Below, piece after piece: positions 7,758 to 18,033 of a stretch of DNA of 64,000 bases. Source of the DNA: Candidatus Dadabacteria bacterium (GTDB lineage: Bacteria > Desulfobacterota_D > UBA1144 > Nemesobacterales > Nemesobacteraceae). The notes below the pieces were generated by a model, which saw only the letters and a list, made by a program, of their open reading frames with translations, searched no databases and was not told the origin of the DNA. Each line of letters begins with the position of its first letter. Position 1 is the first letter of the stretch. The stretch lies in assembly GCA_028823955.1 (NCBI GenBank), contig JAPPFE010000032.1, positions 48,892 through 112,891 on the forward strand, written 5' to 3'. Made by a program: the position numbers and the translations under genes.

Positions 7758-8360
7758 ATGAAAATATACGGACTTACAGGAAATATAGGTTCGGGGAAAT
7801 CGACTGTGGCGGGGATGCTGCGCGAGTTCGGGGCGTTCACTGTGGATGCAGACGAGGTGGCGAGGGAAATCGTGCGGCCCGGGGAGCCCGCGCTTTTGGA
7901 AATCGTCGACTGTTTCGGCCGAGAGGTTCTCTGCGCGGACGGGACGCTTGACCGCGGCGCCCTTGCTGAAAGAGTGTTTGCAAACGAGGAGGACCGCAAG
8001 CGGCTTAACGGGATAACCCATCCGAAGATTCTTGAGCGGATAAAGGAGAAAATGTCCGCCCGAAGTGGCGAACCGATTGTGTTTGTTGAGGCGTCGCTTA
8101 TAGACCGCGGGGGCGGTGGTCTTGATGAATTGATCGACGGTCTGGTGGTAGTTACGTGTCCCGAAGAATTGAGGGAACGCAGGGTGGCGTCCCGTGACGG
8201 GATGTCGCCTGAGGAAATCCGCCGCCGCATGGATTCCCAGATGTCAGAAGAGGAAAAGGCTTCTCAGGCCGATTTTCTCATAAAAAACTCCTCCGGCATG
8301 GAGAATCTGCACGCCCAAGTCCATGCTCTGTTCGAGACTCTTTGCGCTGAGGAACCTTGA
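7758..8360 (+). CDS. coaE: dephospho-CoA kinase
   Basis: MKIYGLTGNIGSGKSTVAGMLREFGAFTVDADEVAREIV has the P-loop and the typical CoaE N-terminus. Confidence 0.9.
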   Translation: MKIYGLTGNIGSGKSTVAGMLREFGAFTVDADEVAREIVRPGEPALLEIVDCFGREVLCADGTLDRGALAERVFANEEDRKRLNGITHPKILERIKEKMSARSGEPIVFVEASLIDRGGGGLDELIDGLVVVTCPEELRERRVASRDGMSPEEIRRRMDSQMSEEEKASQADFLIKNSSGMENLHAQVHALFETLCAEEP

Positions 8361-8427
8361 AACGGCGCCTCTGCGTGTTATGATTCACTGATCCGTTTTT
8401 AACTGTGAGTGGGTTGGAGTACATCCG

Positions 8428-9972
8428 ATGAAAGAAAAAGTCAGAATTCTTGAAGATAAGGAAAAAGAGGCAAATCTGGGCGGCGGGGAAGCCAGAATCA
8501 AAAGACAGCATGATTCCGGCAAGCGCACAGCCCGCGAACGAATAACCGAGCTCCTTGACAGGGATACCTTCGTTGAACTTGACAAGTTTGTCCTGCACGA
8601 CTGCACGGACTTCGGCATGGAGAAAAGGAGAATCCTCGGCGACGGCGTGGTCACGGGCTACGGAAAGATTGAAGGACGCCAGGTGTTTGTCTACGCTCAG
8701 GACTTTACGGTTTTCGGCGGTTCCTTGGGTCTTGAACAGGGAAAGAAGATATGCAAGATAATGGATCTGGCGCTTTCAACCGGGGCGCCGATCATTGGGC
8801 TTAATGATTCCGGCGGGGCAAGAATCCAGGAAGGGGTAAAGAGTCTCGGAGCGTACGGAGAGATATTTCTTCGGAACGTGATCTCCTCGGGAGTCATACC
8901 TCAGATATCCGCGATCATGGGCCCGTGTGCCGGGGGAGCGGTTTATTCCCCGGTAATGAACGATTTTACGATCATGTCGAAAAACACAAGCTACATGTTC
9001 GTTACAGGTCCCGACGTGATCAAGACCGTTACCCATGAAGAGGTCTCCTCAGAAGAACTCGGCGGCGCCATGGTTCACAATTCCGTAAGCGGCGTCGCGC
9101 ATTTTGCCTCGGAGGATGACGATGACTCAATAGAAATAATAAAGGAACTCCTCAGTTTTCTCCCCTCAAACAACATGGAGGATCCTCCGGTGATTCCCTG
9201 CGATGACCCCGCGGACAGAAAAGAGACAAGTCTTCGCGGGCTTATCCCCGATAATCCCAACAAGCCTTACGACATACTGGAAGTGGTTCGGCCCATAGTT
9301 GATCATTCGTATTTCTTCGAGGTGCAGGAACACTACGCAAAGAACATAGTGGTAGGGTTTGCGAGGATGAACGGACAGCCGGTCGGCGTGGTTGGAAACC
9401 AGCCCAAAGTGCTTGCGGGATGTCTTGACATAGACGCTTCGGTTAAGGCCGCCAGATTTGTAAGGTTCTGCGATGCCTTCAATATCCCTCTCCTTACCTT
9501 TGTTGACGTGCCGGGTTTTCTCCCGGGAACCTCGCAGGAATGGGGAGGAATCATAAGGCACGGCGCGAAACTGCTTTACGCCTACTGCGAGGCAACGGTT
9601 CCGAGAATTACCGTGATAACCAGAAAAGCCTACGGAGGTGCTTACGACGTCATGTCCTCGAAACATATAAGAGGAGACGTCAACCTTGCCTATCCCACCG
9701 CGGAAATCGCGGTCATGGGACCTGACGGGGCCGTGAACATAATTTCCCGGGGAGAGATAGCCGCTGCGGATGACCCGGACACAGAGAGAATCAGGCTCAT
9801 TGAGGAGTACAAAAAGAATTTCGCGAATCCTTACCGCGCTGCGAGCTTGGGCTACATAGACGAGGTCATAAAGCCCGAGGACACGAGACCGAGAGTGATA
9901 GCTGCGCTTGAGATGCTGAACGGAAAAAGACAGACGCTTCCGCCGAAAAAGCATGGGAACATTCCCCTCTGA
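8428..9972 (+). CDS. acyl-CoA carboxylase carboxyltransferase subunit (propionyl-CoA carboxylase beta / methylmalonyl-CoA carboxyltransferase 12S type)
   Basis: 514 aa. [22 protein letters not shown]..., [16 protein letters not shown] and [13 protein letters not shown] are hallmark carboxyltransferase motifs. Confidence 0.9.
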   Translation: MKEKVRILEDKEKEANLGGGEARIKRQHDSGKRTARERITELLDRDTFVELDKFVLHDCTDFGMEKRRILGDGVVTGYGKIEGRQVFVYAQDFTVFGGSLGLEQGKKICKIMDLALSTGAPIIGLNDSGGARIQEGVKSLGAYGEIFLRNVISSGVIPQISAIMGPCAGGAVYSPVMNDFTIMSKNTSYMFVTGPDVIKTVTHEEVSSEELGGAMVHNSVSGVAHFASEDDDDSIEIIKELLSFLPSNNMEDPPVIPCDDPADRKETSLRGLIPDNPNKPYDILEVVRPIVDHSYFFEVQEHYAKNIVVGFARMNGQPVGVVGNQPKVLAGCLDIDASVKAARFVRFCDAFNIPLLTFVDVPGFLPGTSQEWGGIIRHGAKLLYAYCEATVPRITVITRKAYGGAYDVMSSKHIRGDVNLAYPTAEIAVMGPDGAVNIISRGEIAAADDPDTERIRLIEEYKKNFANPYRAASLGYIDEVIKPEDTRPRVIAALEMLNGKRQTLPPKKHGNIPL

Positions 9973-9988
9973 GCGGCCGGGTGAGAAA

Positions 9989-11485
9989 ATGTTCAAAAAA
10001 ATACTGATAGCAAACAGGGGAGAGATAGCGGTAAGAATCATCAGGGCCTGCCGGGAGCTTGGAATTGCTACGGTGGCAGTTTACTCGGACGCTGACAGAG
10101 ACGCTCTTCACGTTATGCTTGCGGACGAGGCTTACCATATAGGACCGTCGAAACCCTCTGAGAGCTACTTGGTCGGGGAGAAGGTAGTTGCTGCAGCCAA
10201 GGAATCCGGTGCCGAAGCCATACACCCGGGATTCGGGTTTCTTTCCGAAAACGATTCCTTTGCCGAACTGTGCGAGAAAGAGGGCGTGGTTTTCATAGGA
10301 CCTTCCGCGGAAGCGATAAGGCTTATGGGGGATAAAGTAACCGCGAGAAAGATAGCCAGAGAAGCGAACTTGCCCCTTGTTCCCGGATCTGAGGGAGCTG
10401 TATCCGATGTTGAAGCCTCTAGGGTGGCGAAGAAAATCGGCTACCCGGTAATGATAAAGGCTTCTGCAGGCGGGGGCGGAAAGGGAATGAGACTCGTTAA
10501 TTCCAAGGAGGAGTTCGAATCGTCCCTTCGTATGGCCAGGAGTGAGGCGTTTTCCTCTTTTGGAGACGATTCGGTATTCATAGAAAAATTCATTCAGCAA
10601 CCGAGACACGTCGAAGTCCAGGTTCTCGGAGACAGGCACGGAAACCTGCTGCACCTGTTCGAGCGCGAATGCTCGATACAGAGACGCCACCAGAAGGTGA
10701 TAGAGGAAGCTCCCTCGGGATTCATAAGCCAGAAGACCAGAAAAAACATGTGCGAAGTTGCGCTTCGCATAGCAAAAGCGGTTGACTATTTCGGGGCCGG
10801 CACGGTCGAGTTCATAATGGATCAGGAGGAGAATTTCTACTTTCTTGAGATGAACACCAGAGTGCAGGTCGAGCACCCGGTTACGGAAATGATCACAGGA
10901 CTCGATATAGTGAAATGGATGATAAGGATAGCTTCGGGGGAAAAACTGCCTTTCAAGCAGTCTGCCGTGAAAATGCAGGGCCACGCTCTTGAATGCAGGG
11001 TTTACGCAGAGGATCCCGCCACCAATTTCCTTCCCTCTCCGGGCCCCCTTCACTACGTGCGCGCTCCCAGCGGTCCGGGAGTTAGAGACGACTCGTCGGT
11101 TTACAGCGGTTGCGAAATAACATCTTTTTACGATCCGATGCTCTCAAAGCTTGTTGTCTGGGGAAATTCCCGGGAGGATGCGGTGAACAGGATGCTTTCC
11201 GCCCTGAGGGAGTACGTGGTTCTGGGAGTGAGAACAAATCTCGGCTTTCTGATCAGGATGATGCGGGACCCGGAGTTCCGCAAGGCGCAGATTGACACGG
11301 GTTTTATAGAAAGACATCCGGAACTCCTCGTGCCCGGGGAATCCGATCCTGAAGTTATACTCATGGCCGCCGCCGTCGCCATGAACGGCGGCTCGAACCA
11401 GATTGCGCAGGGAACAAAAGCTGTTTCTTCAGGCTGGAAGCATTTTGCCAGAAGAATGGGAGTATCCGGGAATCCGCTCTTATGA
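9989..11485 (+). CDS. accC: biotin carboxylase subunit
   Basis: MFKKILIANRGEIAVRIIRACRELGI, GYPVMIKASAGGGGKGMR and EMNTRVQVEHPVTE. Start moved to ATG 9989. Confidence 0.9.
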   Translation: MFKKILIANRGEIAVRIIRACRELGIATVAVYSDADRDALHVMLADEAYHIGPSKPSESYLVGEKVVAAAKESGAEAIHPGFGFLSENDSFAELCEKEGVVFIGPSAEAIRLMGDKVTARKIAREANLPLVPGSEGAVSDVEASRVAKKIGYPVMIKASAGGGGKGMRLVNSKEEFESSLRMARSEAFSSFGDDSVFIEKFIQQPRHVEVQVLGDRHGNLLHLFERECSIQRRHQKVIEEAPSGFISQKTRKNMCEVALRIAKAVDYFGAGTVEFIMDQEENFYFLEMNTRVQVEHPVTEMITGLDIVKWMIRIASGEKLPFKQSAVKMQGHALECRVYAEDPATNFLPSPGPLHYVRAPSGPGVRDDSSVYSGCEITSFYDPMLSKLVVWGNSREDAVNRMLSALREYVVLGVRTNLGFLIRMMRDPEFRKAQIDTGFIERHPELLVPGESDPEVILMAAAVAMNGGSNQIAQGTKAVSSGWKHFARRMGVSGNPLL

Positions 11486-11973
11486 CGTACACTTTCAAAC
11501 TGGGAAACAGAACCTACAAGGTAGACTTCGAAGAGAAGGAAGGGCTGGGCCTTATTGGTATAGACGGTGAGCAGAAGGAAATGGAATTTCTGCGTATAGA
11601 CGAAAACACCTGTTCCATCCTGGTTGATAACCGCAGCGTCACAGTAGGGATATTCAGGGAAGCGAAGAAAATACAGGTTTTCTACGAAGGCGATCTGTAC
11701 GAGATAGAGGCTGTCTCGGGAAGGGACGCTTCCCAGTCGGAAGGTACGGGAAGTCTTGACATAACGGCGCCGATGCACAGCAGGGTAGTGAAGATCCTTA
11801 AAAAGGTGGGAGATAACGTCGAGGTGGGAGACAGCGTCATAGTGGTTGAGGCCATGAAGATGGAAAGCGAACTTAAGGCGTCCGCTTCTGGCACCATAAA
11901 GGAAATAAGGGCCAAGGAAGGGGAAACGGTCGAGAAGGATTCTGTTCTGGTGGCTCTCTCAGATAGTGAATAA
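11482..11973 (+). CDS. biotin carboxyl carrier protein with an N-terminal beta-rich extension
   Basis: ATGA start/stop overlap with accC. C-terminal biotinyl domain with the EAMKMESEL attachment motif. Confidence 0.85.
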   Translation: MTYTFKLGNRTYKVDFEEKEGLGLIGIDGEQKEMEFLRIDENTCSILVDNRSVTVGIFREAKKIQVFYEGDLYEIEAVSGRDASQSEGTGSLDITAPMHSRVVKILKKVGDNVEVGDSVIVVEAMKMESELKASASGTIKEIRAKEGETVEKDSVLVALSDSE

Positions 11974-12000
11974 TCGCAAGGAACAGGAGGTTGCTTCAGA

Positions 12001-13164
12001 GTGAAAAAAACAGCCGCGCTTTTATTCCTTGCCGCGTCGGTCGCGATCCTCGGTTTTGTTTCCTGTGACGGGCAAAGCGCGGGGGAAGCCGAGGAAGTTC
12101 CGGTAGGCGTTGTTCTTCCCTTCTCGGGCGCGCAGGCATTGATAGGCGCGTCCATGAGAAAAGGTATGGAGTTTGCCCTTGAGGAAATTCACGAATCGTC
12201 GCTTCTCGGCGACCGGGAAATCAGATTCATTTTCGAGGATTCAAGAAGTAATGAGCAATCCGTGCGGGAAGCGTACACAAAGCTTATTAAACAGGACGGA
12301 GTGGTGGCCGTGCTCGGTCCCTTCAGTTCAAGCAGGACCGAAGATATTATCGATATCATTGATAAAAACAGGACCGTCTCTTTAAGCCCGACCTCGGCCG
12401 CCGTGGGGCTAAGTGCCCGAAGCAGATTTCTTTTCCGTTCATCCCTCACCGTGGAGCACCTGGTTCCTCACGGGGTGCAGGAATCTAGGCGGGAGCTTAA
12501 CTATACAAAAGTGGCTACGATAACAAACGCGGACGACACTTTTTCCCGGAGCGCCTATGACGCGGTGAAGCGGGAGATTCAGAAGGACCCGGAAATCTCG
12601 ATCGTCAGCGAGCAGACTTATACAGCGGATGCGAGCGGAGAGTTGCCTGACCTCTCCGGCCAGCTGAGCGAGATAGCGGCCGCGGGACCGGATTATATAT
12701 TCATGTCGGCTCAGGGAAGAGAGCGCGTGGGAATTCTGGTTCAGGCCGAAAGGTTTGACGGACTTGAAGCTCCCATTATAGGAATTCTTCTCACGACGGA
12801 TGAACTGGAGGACGCGCAGGAAGAAGAGGCCGGGGCGGGGGAAGGCGCGCTTACCTTTACGTCCTGGCTCCCCGTTATTGATACGCCTGAGAACCGCAAG
12901 TTTCGCAGCAGGTACAAAAGGAAAACGGAAGAAGAGGCCGGTTCTTCCGCCGCGCGTTCCTACGAAGCCGTCAGGATTCTCGTTCGGGCCATAGCTGACG
13001 CGGGCTCAACCGACCGGGAGGCGATTCGCGACGCAATGGAAAATGTGAGGATTGAGAACAGTATTTACGGCAGCGATTTCTATTTTGATCTTAACGGAGA
13101 TGCTGTTTACGAACCGATTGTGGGAATAGAGCAAGACGGCGAGTTTAAGGTTTTAGGCCGGTAA
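12001..13164 (+). CDS. ABC transporter substrate-binding lipoprotein (LivK/branched-chain amino acid type)
   Basis: GTG start. Signal peptide with lipobox (LGFVSC). VGVVLPFSGAQALIGASMRKGMEFALEEI is typical of the type I PBP (Peripla_BP_6-like) family. Confidence 0.75.
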   Translation: MKKTAALLFLAASVAILGFVSCDGQSAGEAEEVPVGVVLPFSGAQALIGASMRKGMEFALEEIHESSLLGDREIRFIFEDSRSNEQSVREAYTKLIKQDGVVAVLGPFSSSRTEDIIDIIDKNRTVSLSPTSAAVGLSARSRFLFRSSLTVEHLVPHGVQESRRELNYTKVATITNADDTFSRSAYDAVKREIQKDPEISIVSEQTYTADASGELPDLSGQLSEIAAAGPDYIFMSAQGRERVGILVQAERFDGLEAPIIGILLTTDELEDAQEEEAGAGEGALTFTSWLPVIDTPENRKFRSRYKRKTEEEAGSSAARSYEAVRILVRAIADAGSTDREAIRDAMENVRIENSIYGSDFYFDLNGDAVYEPIVGIEQDGEFKVLGR

Positions 13165-13171
13165 TTTTCCG

Positions 13172-14779
13172 TTGAGAGTCTTTGTTTGCGTCTTCTTCTC
13201 CATGCTTTTTATTTCCTGCGGTTCCGCAAACAGAGCCCCTGACGCCGCAGATATTTCCCGCAAGGACACGCTTAACATAAATATCGGCACCGAACCCCCC
13301 ACGCTTGACTGGTCTTTAGCCACCGATGTCACATCTTTTACAATCATAGAAAACATAATGGACGGCCTCGCGGCGTTTGATGAAAAATACGAGCCCGTAC
13401 CCGCTCTCGCGCGAAGCTGGCGGGTAAGCGAGGATGGAAGGACCTATACCTTTAAAATAAGGAAAAAAGTCCTCTGGACAGACGGAGTGCCGCTTCGAGC
13501 CGGGGATTTCCTTTATTCATGGAAAAGGATCCTTAAACCCGAAACCGCCGGAAGCTATGCCTACTTTCTTTTTGACATAAAAAACGCCAGGAAATTTAAC
13601 TCAGGAGAGATAAAGGATTTTGGCAAAGTCGGGATAAAAGCCCCGGATGAACATACTCTTATTGTTACCCTTAAGAGGCCTAGGGCCTATTTTCTGAGCC
13701 TAGTGACTTTCATGTCCACTTTCCCGATGAGAAAAGATATTGTTGAGAGATACGGAACCAGGTGGACCGAAGCTGTGAACATAGTAACTCTGGGACCTTA
13801 TAGATTAAAAGAGTGGAGGCACCATAAGGAAGTTCTTATCGAGGAGTATGAAGGCTACTGGGGGGAGAAACCCAAGAGCGCTAAGAAGGTAAAGATGATA
13901 ATGAACGAGAATCCCGTATCCACCCTCGCTCTTTATGAAAGCGGGGAGCTCGATTTTCTTGACAGCAAGGGAATTCCCCTGCTTGAGGTTCCAAGGGTTA
14001 TGAAGCTTCCGGATTTTAAGCAGAGCGTGGTTTTCAGAAACAACTACATAGGATTTAACACTAAAACCCCCCCGTTTGACAATCCTCTGGTGAGAAGGGC
14101 TTTCGCGAGTTCGATAGACAGGAAAAGCCTTGCGGGACTTCTCCAAGGGGCGGGAGTGCCCGTAACTTCATGGATACCGATTGACATGCTTGCCCACAAT
14201 CCCCGGATCGGTATTTCGTTTGATGCGCAGAAGGCGAGGAAATTTCTTGGGATGGCTGGCTATCCTGGCGGAGAGAATTTTCCGAAGACCGCTTTTCTTT
14301 ATCCGGATACCGGAAACAACAGAATTGTAGCCGAGGCGTTCCAGAGCATGTGGAAGGAGCATCTCGGCATCGAGGTGAAGCTCGTGAACCAGGAATGGAC
14401 CGTATATCTAAGCACGCTCAGAACGGATCCACCACCCGTATTCAGGGCCGGATGGCAGGCGGATTTTCCGGATCCTCACAATTTCATGAATCTCTTTGAA
14501 TGTGGAAGCGGGAATAACCGTACTAGGTGGTGCAATCCTGAGTACGATCGATTAGTGGAGAAGGCAGCCGGGATTCTGGATCGCAGGCAAAGAACGGACC
14601 TTTACAACAGTGCCCAGAGAATTCTTACGGAAACCGATGTTCCAATAGTTCCTTATCTTAACTCGGTTCAGCAGAACATGATCAAGCCGTACGTAAAAGG
14701 GCTTGAACCTGACCGTCTGAATTTCCTTTACTTCAGCAGAGTCGAGTTTGTGGACCATCTCACATCCGGCGAACGCTGA
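13172..14779 (+). CDS. ABC transporter substrate-binding lipoprotein, family 5 (oligopeptide/dipeptide type)
   Basis: TTG start. Lipobox FISC. TLNINIGTEPPTLDW..., WTDGVPLRAGDF and ADFPDPHNF are typical of SBP family 5. Confidence 0.85.
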   Translation: MRVFVCVFFSMLFISCGSANRAPDAADISRKDTLNINIGTEPPTLDWSLATDVTSFTIIENIMDGLAAFDEKYEPVPALARSWRVSEDGRTYTFKIRKKVLWTDGVPLRAGDFLYSWKRILKPETAGSYAYFLFDIKNARKFNSGEIKDFGKVGIKAPDEHTLIVTLKRPRAYFLSLVTFMSTFPMRKDIVERYGTRWTEAVNIVTLGPYRLKEWRHHKEVLIEEYEGYWGEKPKSAKKVKMIMNENPVSTLALYESGELDFLDSKGIPLLEVPRVMKLPDFKQSVVFRNNYIGFNTKTPPFDNPLVRRAFASSIDRKSLAGLLQGAGVPVTSWIPIDMLAHNPRIGISFDAQKARKFLGMAGYPGGENFPKTAFLYPDTGNNRIVAEAFQSMWKEHLGIEVKLVNQEWTVYLSTLRTDPPPVFRAGWQADFPDPHNFMNLFECGSGNNRTRWCNPEYDRLVEKAAGILDRRQRTDLYNSAQRILTETDVPIVPYLNSVQQNMIKPYVKGLEPDRLNFLYFSRVEFVDHLTSGER

Positions 14780-14805
14780 GGGCCCGGGACGGACATCTCC
14801 GCGGG

Positions 14806-15360
14806 TTAATCAATAACACCTATCCTCGTGGTTACCTTTTTCGTATTTCTTGCGACCAGCCTTGCTATCATTAGTCCTGCCAGAAACCAGGCGATGAGAC
14901 TGTCAATGACGATGAGCGCTACGTAGGGAGTAGGAAAACCAAACCAGTTCCAGTAAGGAAAATGGCTTATAAGCCCTATTGCCGCCCCTGTAGAGGCAAC
15001 AAACCCCACCTGCCCCCAGTAACCCAGGCCGGCTGTCTGGGAGAGCAGACAGATAACGATCAGAACGCTTACGAGATCGCCGAGGAACTGGATCAGAAGC
15101 TGATTTACCATGCTGGGGGGATAGGCCTGAGGGAGGGCGTTTACGAAGGCAGCAGTTTCCCCCGCCTCGTGATCCTTATGCGAGAACGGCAGATAGTAAA
15201 TGCCCGGTTTCGGGGCATTTGCCTCTATGACTTTGGCAACCTCGGATTCGTTTGTAAACTTATTAGCTACCATCTGGTGCCATGGAAGAACCATCCATGA
15301 CACTGAACCCCAAGCCGAAAGAATTATTGCAGAAACTATAACAGCAGCCGTTTTCTTCAA
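14806..15360 (-). CDS. hypothetical integral membrane protein
   Basis: 184 aa, with an N-terminal TM/signal segment and three or four further hydrophobic helices. No family recognised. Confidence 0.55.
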   Translation of the reverse strand: MKKTAAVIVSAIILSAWGSVSWMVLPWHQMVANKFTNESEVAKVIEANAPKPGIYYLPFSHKDHEAGETAAFVNALPQAYPPSMVNQLLIQFLGDLVSVLIVICLLSQTAGLGYWGQVGFVASTGAAIGLISHFPYWNWFGFPTPYVALIVIDSLIAWFLAGLMIARLVARNTKKVTTRIGVID

Positions 15361-15431
15361 AAGCGCTTTCCCTCAGAGTTTTTAAACCCGGCTATCCCAC
15401 CAACCGCATATTTCTATACTAACTAGGAGCC

Positions 15432-15445
15432 TTGACAATTGTCAA
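15432..15445 (-). promoter_or_regulatory. perfect 14-bp palindrome TTGACAATTGTCAA; candidate -35 element/operator for the 14806-15360 gene
   Basis: Lies 72 nt upstream of the ATG at 15360. On the minus strand, TTGACA is followed after 18 nt by TAGTAT. Confidence 0.35.
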
Positions 15446-15675
15446 TAAATTGAGAGAAATCCGTGGGTTAACAACTGTTCCTCCCTAACGCGTTTAATCC
15501 GTTATTGTTGCAGCTATAGCATCAGAACGAGATTCAAACACCTCAATGATTTTGTCAAAACCTGCGATTTTGAGGATTTTTTACGGAATCAGACAAGGAA
15601 CACAACACGAATCTCGTATTTCTACCTTGGAGAGTTTTTGCGGCAACCAGAATTGAACGCAATCCCGCTGAGAGC

Positions 15676-16731
15676 TTATTTGAAGTAAGGAATTATCTCT
15701 TTTGAGTAAGTTTCAAGCGCCAAGTCCGGATCGGGGCTGAACCTGTAGAACAACACGAAATTCCTTACTCCCGCATCTATAAAATTCTCGATTTTCTCTA
15801 TGCAGTCTTTTTTCGATCCCGTAATGGTGAAATCAAGTATGGCTTCTCTCGGGAAAAGCTGCCCGAGCTGCCTGAACCTCTGCCTTCCCTCTTCATCCGT
15901 CGGCACTATGTTGAAGTAGTTAAGACCGTGATATTCTTCGGGTATCTCGACGTCGTAGCCGGCTTTCAGCAACTGGTCCTGCATGACCAGCACGTACTTG
16001 AAAGGTTCGAGAGTCTCGTAGGCGGCGTCAACGCTTTCTCCAAGAGAGGTGAATACCCACAGGGCTGGGTCAAAACCGTCGTCAAGCGATCTTCCCACGT
16101 TATTCGCTGCGGCCTTTATCTCCCCGAGGTAACCGGAATAGAGATCGGGATTCAGGTCTATCGGCAGCCATCCGTCGCCTTTTTCTCCCGTCAACTGAAG
16201 CCCCTTGGGCGTGTGGGTGGCCATGTAAAACGGTATCTTGTTTCTCTCGTAGGGTTTTATCTGCAAAAATGCGTTCTCAAGGTTGTAGAACTTCCCGTCA
16301 AAATCTACAGGTTCGTCGGTTTCCCAAAGAAGCTCCATGACTTCTATGGACTCTCTGAGTTTCGAAAGGGGTTTTCCCCACTCGATTCCGAACGCGTCAA
16401 GATTCATCGATTCCCCCACTCCTAGGGAGAGCACTACCCTGCCCTTTGAAAGCTGATCAACGGTTGCGAGTCTCTGGGCGAAAACGGCGGGATGCATCCT
16501 GTGAGGATCAGAAACTGTTCCCAAAGCTATGTTTTCCGTTTTCATTGCCGCCGCCGCCGCCACGGTCCACGCCTCGGGAGCAATTGCTCCCGGCGCCACG
16601 AAAAGCAGATGGTCGGGGTACCATATAGTGTCGAATCCAAGCTGGTCGGCTTTTATCGAGAAATTTACGAGTCCGTCAACGTCAGCTCCCGGCATCGGAG
16701 CGGAAAGTCCAAATTTTATTTCTTTTCCCAT
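15676..16731 (-). CDS. LLM-class (luciferase-like) flavin/F420-dependent oxidoreductase
   Basis: 351 aa. IKFGLSAP...ADQLGFDTIWYPDHL and GRVVLSLGVGE are typical of the luciferase-like monooxygenase family. Confidence 0.8.
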   Translation of the reverse strand: MGKEIKFGLSAPMPGADVDGLVNFSIKADQLGFDTIWYPDHLLFVAPGAIAPEAWTVAAAAAMKTENIALGTVSDPHRMHPAVFAQRLATVDQLSKGRVVLSLGVGESMNLDAFGIEWGKPLSKLRESIEVMELLWETDEPVDFDGKFYNLENAFLQIKPYERNKIPFYMATHTPKGLQLTGEKGDGWLPIDLNPDLYSGYLGEIKAAANNVGRSLDDGFDPALWVFTSLGESVDAAYETLEPFKYVLVMQDQLLKAGYDVEIPEEYHGLNYFNIVPTDEEGRQRFRQLGQLFPREAILDFTITGSKKDCIEKIENFIDAGVRNFVLFYRFSPDPDLALETYSKEIIPYFK

Positions 16732-16840
16732 TATATGGCACCTCGATTATGGTTTTGGAAGTAGGTAGCGATCACGGTAGAATTATGGTTAATTTGCAGT
16801 TTAAACGCAAATAATCCAGTAAATATCCCGGAGGTGTGAA

Positions 16841-17866
16841 ATGAAATTCGGAGTCGGACTCTTCAGCATGCAGACCCACAAGGATCTTGATTACCACCAT
16901 GTGGATCTTTACAGAAATTCCCTGGAGCATGTGAGACTTGCCGAAGCGGTGAATTTCGATTCGGTCTGGCTTTCCGAGCATCATTTTCTTGAGGATGGTT
17001 ACTGCTCTTCACCCCTTGGGATGGCCGCCGCGATGGCCGCTGTGACTGAGAGGGTGAGAATAGGCACCGGAGCCTTGATACTCACGCTTCATAACCCCGT
17101 GAGGGTGGCCGAAGACACTGCTACGGTCGATCTCATTTCCGGCGGAAGATTCGATCTGGGAGTTGCGATAGGATACAGAAAAGAAGAGTTCGAAGGGTTC
17201 GGAGTTCCGGTGGCGCAAAGACCCTCGAGGATTGAAGAAGGCATAGAGATAATCGAGAAATGCTGGGAGGATGGCCCTTTTTCCTATGAAGGCAGGAGGT
17301 TCAGCTTCTCAAACATAGATGTTACTCCCAAGCCCGTGCAGAGACCCATACCTATATACATAGGGGCTTTCGAGGAACCCGCCGTACGGAGGGCCGGGCG
17401 CCTCGGGTACCCGCTTCTTATCGGCCCCGGCAGGACGGTTCCCATGATAATGGATACTCTAGGGTGGTATAACGATGAGGCTGAGAAAGCCGGTCGCGAT
17501 CCGTCCGAAGTGGAGCACATACTGCTTCGGGAAACTTACGTGCGTGAAAGTACGGAAGAGGCCATTGCAGGTGGAACCGAGTACGTGATAAACATGTACA
17601 AGTTTTACCTAAGCCTCGGGGTCAAGATAGTGATAAGAGGGAAAAACATAACTGACCCTGATGATCCTTTCTTCGAATATATGGCGGAAGACCGCTTCAT
17701 GATCGGCACCCCTGAGCACTGCGTTCAGGAGGTAAAAAAATACGCGGAGAAAACAGGAATCCGCAACATAATGTGCAGGATGGTGTTTCCCCAAGCTCCT
17801 GCCGAGGTCATAGCGCACTCGATTGAGCTTTTTGGGAAAGAGGTTATTCCCGAATTTAAACCTTAA
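16841..17866 (+). CDS. LLM-class (luciferase-like) flavin-dependent oxidoreductase
   Basis: MKFGVGLFSMQ...AEAVNFDSVWLSEHHF and GGRFDLGVAIGY. Divergent from the other LLM gene. Confidence 0.8.
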   Translation: MKFGVGLFSMQTHKDLDYHHVDLYRNSLEHVRLAEAVNFDSVWLSEHHFLEDGYCSSPLGMAAAMAAVTERVRIGTGALILTLHNPVRVAEDTATVDLISGGRFDLGVAIGYRKEEFEGFGVPVAQRPSRIEEGIEIIEKCWEDGPFSYEGRRFSFSNIDVTPKPVQRPIPIYIGAFEEPAVRRAGRLGYPLLIGPGRTVPMIMDTLGWYNDEAEKAGRDPSEVEHILLRETYVRESTEEAIAGGTEYVINMYKFYLSLGVKIVIRGKNITDPDDPFFEYMAEDRFMIGTPEHCVQEVKKYAEKTGIRNIMCRMVFPQAPAEVIAHSIELFGKEVIPEFKP

Positions 17867-18033
17867 CCCACAAAGACCTAAAAAGACGGTGGATGCGGAC
17901 GCATCCGGGGAGCTGTCTTGTGGACTTTGCGTCCTGCACGGTCTCTTGACAGTCTCAACTCAAGCCCCCACCCCGGCTAGTTGAGATCAGCCTTGATTTT
18001 TCTCCGCCAAGACAGCTTCTCGAATCCGCTTCG

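Noticed and set aside
9866-11053. Long antisense ORFs: a 395-aa ORF here, and also 9166-10041, 22670-23440, 35301-36299, 46210-46896, 57097-57594 and others.
   Set aside because: Each lies opposite an unmistakable conserved enzyme gene. Each translates to Arg/Ser/Leu/Pro-rich sequence with no motifs. These are shadow ORFs of the kind expected in moderately GC-rich coding DNA.
16746-16790. 9-nt direct repeat ATTATGGTT (16746-16754 and 16782-16790) and GTTTAAAC palindrome in the divergent LLM promoter region.
   Set aside because: These are too short to distinguish from chance in AT-rich promoter DNA without comparative data. I noted them only as possible operator half-sites.
17891-17906. Hairpin GGATGCG-GA-CGCATCC after the second LLM gene as a terminator. 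A similarly weak stem lies at the atpC 3' end (about 47740-47766).
   Set aside because: The first has a two-nt loop and no following T-run. The atpC stem is only 4 bp, and its T-run is displaced by 8 nt. Neither meets intrinsic-terminator criteria.
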